Shown in pieces: positions 59,610-64,000 of a stretch of 64,000 nucleotides of DNA. Source of the DNA: Phycisphaerae bacterium. Lineage in GTDB: Bacteria; Planctomycetota; Phycisphaerae; WQYP01. A program made the position numbers and the translations under genes. The notes under the pieces are model-generated. The model searched no databases. It worked only from the letters and a program-made list of their open reading frames with translations, and had not been told where the DNA came from. How positions within the stretch are numbered: the first letter of the stretch is position 1; each line of letters starts with the position of its first letter. The stretch lies in assembly GCA_049965755.1 (NCBI GenBank), contig JBMFVY010000001.1:14370-78369 (forward strand), in the 5' to 3' direction.

Positions 59610-60200
59610 ATGACAACCAAAGGAAAATGGATCGCTCTGACCGCTGTCGGACTCTTTGCGATGGCGACGTCATCGAAACTGATGGCATCTGTATCTGCCA
59701 CGGGAACCATTTCAGACACCCCGATTACCAGCGGTGCCGACATGGGTGATTACAATTACACGATTGAACTGACCAATACGGGAAGCCAGAGCATTGATTT
59801 CCTCTGGTTTGCCTGGACGCCCGGGCAGGACTACCTCTACTCAACGCCGCTCTCAGCCTCAGCCCCGGCTGGTTGGACAACCAACATTCTGTCGGTGGGC
59901 GGAGGAAGTGGAGCATCGATTCAGTTCTCCAGCACCACCATGTCCATCGCATCGGGAAATTCTCTCGATTTCAGTTTCATTTCCGCCGACATTCCGAGCA
60001 TGGTCTATTCTGACAGTTCATACTGGTTCCCCGGTAAACCGGTCGGTACCTCCGTCGTCTACAACGGCGCAGCCTTTTCAACGCCAAGTGATACGATTGT
60101 CGTCACACCGACGCCCGAACCCGCATCCCTTGGCTTGCTCGGACTGGGTTCCGCTTTATTGCCGTTTGTCCGGTTCGCGCGCCGCAGGGTTGTCGGTTAG
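59610..60200 (+). CDS. PEP-CTERM sorting-domain secreted protein
   Basis: AAGGAAA RBS, signal peptide MTTKGKWIALTAVGLFAMATSS. C-terminus VTPTPEPASLGLLGLGSALLPFVRFARRRVVG is P-E-P, then TM helix, then an Arg cluster: the exosortase PEP-CTERM signal. The upstream in-frame extension of the track ORF is intergenic. Confidence 0.8.
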   Translation: MTTKGKWIALTAVGLFAMATSSKLMASVSATGTISDTPITSGADMGDYNYTIELTNTGSQSIDFLWFAWTPGQDYLYSTPLSASAPAGWTTNILSVGGGSGASIQFSSTTMSIASGNSLDFSFISADIPSMVYSDSSYWFPGKPVGTSVVYNGAAFSTPSDTIVVTPTPEPASLGLLGLGSALLPFVRFARRRVVG

Positions 60201-60233
60201 AATACCATCGCACCGGGCAAACAAGGCGATTGT

Positions 60234-60794
60234 GTGTCGGCAGACGAGCATCGTCTCCTGTATGAGAAGTTGGTGCACGCCCATTGGCGTGAGCTCTACG
60301 CCTATGCCTACCGCCTCCTTTTCAGCCGGGTAGAGGCGGAAGACGCAGTCCAGCAAACATTTCTGCAGGCTTGGATATCCATCCGCCAGTTACAAGATAT
60401 TTCATCGGCCCGTGCCTGGCTTTACACCATCCTGCGGCGAACCTGTTGGCGGATGATCGATCGGCCGGACGAGGCCAGAACGTCGCTTCCCACCGATTTG
60501 GCGGATCACAATGATCATCACCGTCAGATCGACGAGCAGGATTCGGTCTCCATCGCATTGAGTCAGTTGGAACGTAAATTTCGCGATCCTTTTCTGATGG
60601 TGGCGATGGAGGGACTCACCTGCCGCGAGGCCGCGCGGGAACTCGGTATCCCATTGGGCACGGTTTTATCGCGTATTGCCCGCGCGCGTGAGAGGTTAGA
60701 ATGTCTGTTGGCCCAACCGCATGACGCGACGGAAACTCGGACGAGTAAACAAAAGCCCGCGTCGGATCAGGCCGGATCGGGAGGTGATCGATGA
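60234..60794 (+). CDS. ECF-subfamily RNA polymerase sigma-70 factor
   Basis: Region 2 (YAYAYRLLFSRVEAEDAVQQTFLQAW) and region 4 HTH (LTCREAARELGIPLGTVLSRIARARERL). Confidence 0.85.
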   Translation: MSADEHRLLYEKLVHAHWRELYAYAYRLLFSRVEAEDAVQQTFLQAWISIRQLQDISSARAWLYTILRRTCWRMIDRPDEARTSLPTDLADHNDHHRQIDEQDSVSIALSQLERKFRDPFLMVAMEGLTCREAARELGIPLGTVLSRIARARERLECLLAQPHDATETRTSKQKPASDQAGSGGDR

Positions 60795-61579
60795 ATCACC
60801 TGCGTCTTCGTAAATTAATTTCTGCCGTTGCATCACTCCGGCGGGATGATCCGCTTCGAGTAAAAACCGAAGAACGGCTCAAGACCACCGGGACGGAAAT
60901 TCAGAAAGAGGCGGCACAGATATTCGCGCGGCAGGAGCAATTTACGCAAAAGCTGGCAAGTTCTCCGCCGCCGCCGGATAATCTGTGTGCAAAATTACTC
61001 GACATCCCGCATCAACATCAGACTGATTCCGATCATCGGAGTTTTCTTCACGCACATTGGATGAAGCTGGCATGTGCTGCAGTATTGGTCCTGGCATCAT
61101 GGATCGCTGTCCATCTGGTAGTTGAGCGCAACTTGTCCACACGTCGATATGCGTTTGCCACAACATTGGCTCACCTGAAACTGCCGAAACCCTCCGGCAC
61201 CGCGTCTCATGTCCGCCGGTCTGCCGAAGCGATCGCTGCGCACACCAAGATGGGATTCAAAGCGGTCATTCCACATTATGTCGGTTACCGCCTGACGGGC
61301 TTCGCTGTTCTAGCTGTGGGCGGGCGAAAGGGGCTTGTCACCTCTTGGCGCAACGAGATGGGGCGACCCTGCACACTGGTGCAGTTACCCGGTTCATTGG
61401 CACAAAAACTTTCGGTTAATAAGCCCGTGGTCATACATGTGAAGAATTCAACCGGATTGGTCACCTCGACGGTAACGGTCTGGAAGGATGATCGCGCTGG
61501 GTGCACGTGGGCGGAAATATTACCCGGAGATGTCAACTTTTACTTTCCGCGACTGACGCTACACGGGCTGCCGATTTGA
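60791..61579 (+). CDS. Putative anti-sigma factor / membrane protein co-transcribed with the ECF sigma gene
   Basis: 4-nt overlap with the sigma gene; single TM helix (LACAAVLVLASWIAVHLVV) separating N-terminal cytoplasmic and C-terminal domains, as in anti-sigma factors. No strong motif. Confidence 0.45.
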   Translation: MNHLRLRKLISAVASLRRDDPLRVKTEERLKTTGTEIQKEAAQIFARQEQFTQKLASSPPPPDNLCAKLLDIPHQHQTDSDHRSFLHAHWMKLACAAVLVLASWIAVHLVVERNLSTRRYAFATTLAHLKLPKPSGTASHVRRSAEAIAAHTKMGFKAVIPHYVGYRLTGFAVLAVGGRKGLVTSWRNEMGRPCTLVQLPGSLAQKLSVNKPVVIHVKNSTGLVTSTVTVWKDDRAGCTWAEILPGDVNFYFPRLTLHGLPI

Positions 61580-61617
61580 TACGCCATATCCATGCCGACC
61601 GCGCGGCAAAAATTCAA

Positions 61618-62124
61618 TCAATCGGCCAACGCCAGCAGCGCCTGCAAATCCAGCGGCTTAGTAAAAATGTCCAGACGGCCGTTGGAAAGCTTGGGCCACT
61701 GTGCCCGCGGGCGATCCCAATACAGCTCCACACCATTGGAATCCGGGTCTTCAAAATAAACCGCTTCACTTACGCCGTGATCCGCGGCCCCGACAAACGT
61801 AGTGCCAGCTCCAATCGCCCGTTTCACGGCAACAGCAAGATCGTGTCGTGTGGGATAGAGAATCGCAAGGTGATAGATGCCGGTCGATCCCGGCGGTGCG
61901 GGGCTGCCACCGCGGCTCTCCCAGATATTTAGTCCGATGTGATGGTGGTAGTCGCCGGCGCCGAGAAAAGCGGCTGAATCTCCCATTTCCGCCATCAGGC
62001 CAAATCCGAGCACATCGCGGTAAAACTTTACCGCCCGCTGCAGATCGGCAACTTTCAAATGGACATGCCCGATGCGAGTATCCGCAGGTGCACGGTAAAC
62101 TCCGGACGGTGTGGTCTTTCTCAT
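61618..62124 (-). CDS. VOC-family (glyoxalase/bleomycin-resistance/dioxygenase) protein
   Basis: IGHVHLKVADLQRAVKFYRDVLGF...HHHIGLN...YHLAILYP...VSEAVYFEDPDSNGVELY, the paired beta-alpha-beta-beta-beta modules of the VOC fold. Confidence 0.75.
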   Translation of the reverse strand: MRKTTPSGVYRAPADTRIGHVHLKVADLQRAVKFYRDVLGFGLMAEMGDSAAFLGAGDYHHHIGLNIWESRGGSPAPPGSTGIYHLAILYPTRHDLAVAVKRAIGAGTTFVGAADHGVSEAVYFEDPDSNGVELYWDRPRAQWPKLSNGRLDIFTKPLDLQALLALAD

Positions 62125-62173
62125 TAATCATTTACTCCGGTTTAGGGCGAAATGGAAAACACCGGGATCGGTA

Positions 62174-63496
62174 CTAAAAATGAATCCCGGCGATCCCCGC
62201 ATACACCCCAGTTAATGCCGTAATAATTACCACCGCTCCGACGAGCCATGCATACCACCCCTTGAGTCGCCACCGCTCCGGAAGGGTACGCAGGGCCAGC
62301 AAATACAAAAAGCCGAGAACAATCGGCAGCAGCAGTGCATTCATCACCTCGACGCCGACCGTCAACTTCACCAGATTGATTCCCGAGAGCACAACTCCCG
62401 CACCGACGAGAAGGCTCAGAATGTAGACAGCATAAAACCAGGGCGCTTCGAACGGATGATTGGCCAATGATCGTTTGTAGCCGGTGACCTCTCCCAATCC
62501 CCATGATGCGGTCAATGATACAACGATGGTTGCCACCAGTGCCGCACCGAGCATGCCCAGCGAGAAGATGGCGCGACCCCACCAGCTTCCCAAGATCGGC
62601 GTCAGCGCGCCGGCAATCTGCTGCACCGTGTCCAACGGCAGATTCGGGTTTTTCAGACCGATGGTGGCAGCCGTCAGAATCAGCACCGCAGACATGATGA
62701 TCTGCGTCACCACCGCGCCGATGGCGGTGTCCACCCGCTCCGCCTTCATATGACTTTCATTAAGCCCTTTATCGATGACTGCGGACTGCTGATAGAAAAT
62801 CATCCATGGCATGATGACGGCCCCCACGTTACCGGCAATCAGAAAGAGATAATTGGAATTGCCCAGCGGCTGGTGCCCGAGAGCGGTGACCATCGCATTT
62901 AGAGAAGGGTGCGAAACTGCCGCCACCGCCACGAATGCAAGTTCAAAGAGGCCAATCAGAATGGCAATTACTTCCACCTGCCGATAAGAGCCCGTAGCAA
63001 CAACAATCACCATGAATAAAACCGTCATGGAGATGCTGATCCATGGGGGAACGCCAAAAAGTTGTCCGACGCCCTCGATGCCCGCAAATTCTGTAAGCAG
63101 TGCCCCGATGCATGATACCATCAGAGTGGTGACGGAAAGCCAGGCCCACCCCTTGCCAAAATGTTCGGATATCAACTCCCCGTGTCCCTTCTGAGTCACA
63201 AGGCCAAGCCGGACGGCAAGTTCCTGGGCGATGAAGAGAATCGGGATGAGAACAAGCTGAAAAATAAGCAGGCTGTAGCCGAACTGGGCACCGCTTTGTG
63301 CCGCAGTAATGACGCTTCCCGCATCCGTGTCGGCAAGCATGACGACCAATCCAGGGCCCGCAACGAGAAGCAGGAGTTTCCAGAATGGGAGCGACCGCCT
63401 GCCCAACTTCCCGTCGGCAGCAGGGGCATTTATGGCATTCACGGGCTTGGGATGATGGTCTGGCGACGTCGCCTTGAGTTGAGAGTCAGTCGGCAT
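62174..63496 (-). CDS. mntH: NRAMP-family divalent metal (Mn2+/Fe2+) transporter
   Basis: 11-12 TM protein with the NRAMP signature region LADTDAGSVITAAQSGAQFGYSLL (the DPGN-equivalent metal site) and conserved MPH-like helix 6 (VIMPWMIF). Confidence 0.85.
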   Translation of the reverse strand: MPTDSQLKATSPDHHPKPVNAINAPAADGKLGRRSLPFWKLLLLVAGPGLVVMLADTDAGSVITAAQSGAQFGYSLLIFQLVLIPILFIAQELAVRLGLVTQKGHGELISEHFGKGWAWLSVTTLMVSCIGALLTEFAGIEGVGQLFGVPPWISISMTVLFMVIVVATGSYRQVEVIAILIGLFELAFVAVAAVSHPSLNAMVTALGHQPLGNSNYLFLIAGNVGAVIMPWMIFYQQSAVIDKGLNESHMKAERVDTAIGAVVTQIIMSAVLILTAATIGLKNPNLPLDTVQQIAGALTPILGSWWGRAIFSLGMLGAALVATIVVSLTASWGLGEVTGYKRSLANHPFEAPWFYAVYILSLLVGAGVVLSGINLVKLTVGVEVMNALLLPIVLGFLYLLALRTLPERWRLKGWYAWLVGAVVIITALTGVYAGIAGIHF

Positions 63497-63693
63497 TTAT
63501 CACTCCGTCGCGACCGAAAACCATCGCCTTGTAAATGAGAATCAGTCTCAGTATTGGCGATTGAACAGGTTATACTCGAAATGAGATTAAATCTCAACTA
63601 TCAATCGTAATTTCCGCTTTTTAGCATCACTGCAGCGACCACTTTCGGGGCATGGGGCGGAGAATCCTGCCGTTGGGGTGCGATTGTTCCTCA

Positions 63694-63735
63694 CTTGAAA
63701 TAAAAAAGGGCGAGCGACCCGGTGATCGCCCGCCC
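63694..63735 (-). terminator. Rho-independent terminator (minus strand) downstream of the DUF1559 gene
   Basis: Minus-strand reading: GGGCGGGCGA-tcaccggg-TCGCTCGCCC is a GC-rich 10-bp stem with 1 mismatch, followed by TTTTTTATTT (plus-strand aaataaaaaaa at 63694..63704). Confidence 0.6.
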
Positions 63736-63768
63736 AACCTTTTGAGCATCGAAAAAAACAACCCGCTG

Positions 63769-64000
63769 TCAGAACAATCCAATCGATGACGGCAGTTCGG
63801 GGTTGACGATGTTGAGAATGCGGAGTCCGCTCGATCCATTGGAGCCAGGTGAATTCACCGGTGCCCCTGCAATGTTATTATTGATTTGGATCGTATCAAC
63901 GTGACCGTCGAAGAACAGCGCATTGGCTTCGCCGGTACTTGCGCTTGATGACATATGCCGATATCGCATACCCGTCACATTGTTGATGCTGTTGGGTAAA
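63769..64000 (-). CDS. DUF1559-family (Planctomycete prepilin-like 'H-x9-DG') protein, C-terminal fragment; 5' end beyond window
   Basis: C-terminal motif ...EANALFFDGHVDTIQ... matches the conserved DUF1559 C-terminus. The track shows a GTG read as M, but the frame is open to the window edge. Confidence 0.65.
   Translation of the reverse strand, partial: LPNSINNVTGMRYRHMSSSASTGEANALFFDGHVDTIQINNNIAGAPVNSPGSNGSSGLRILNIVNPELPSSIGLF

Noticed and set aside
1-64000. tRNA/rRNA genes, CRISPR arrays, integrase/transposase genes
   Set aside because: No T-loop-like GTTCGAATC/GTTCAAATC consensus or cloverleaf-compatible segments were spotted in any intergenic region. No recombinase/transposase-like ORFs and no long terminal inverted repeats were found. 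Absence is by eye only and should be confirmed with tRNAscan-SE/ISfinder.

Overview
High-GC (~58%) bacterial chromosomal window, gene-dense on both strands. It is probably from a Planctomycetes-type organism. The evidence is a partial gene at the 3' edge with the DUF1559/prepilin-like C-terminal 'FFDGHV' motif, a PEP-CTERM protein, a Tat-signal sulfatase-family enzyme, and ECF sigma/anti-sigma pairs. Most of the window is housekeeping: split-type transketolase N-terminal fragment, gcvP, floA flotillin, GH16 glucanase, truD, miaA, RNase HI, citrate synthase, sodA, tsaB, addAB, recR, ybaB and an NRAMP transporter. Accessory content includes an ars cluster (arsR-arsD-arsA, no arsB/acr3), a HlyD/ABC-2 efflux operon, and an NfeD pair. 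The most interesting region is 32.5-38.0 kb. It holds two small WXG100-like helical proteins (variant W-x-D motif), a 328-aa helical protein, and a 1323-aa membrane-anchored FtsK/SpoIIIE (EssC/EccC-like) triple-domain ATPase. This is the minimal signature of a type VII-like (WXG100) secretion locus, in a lineage where such systems are not characterised. A second unusual locus is 26.9-31.6 kb: an orphan PilT retraction ATPase followed by a membrane-anchored GspE/PilB-fold protein with a destroyed Walker A motif, then a CvpA-domain membrane protein. No tRNA, rRNA, CRISPR array or obvious mobile element was recognised. Coordinates of internal start codons are inferred from the ORF track and may be off by a few nt.
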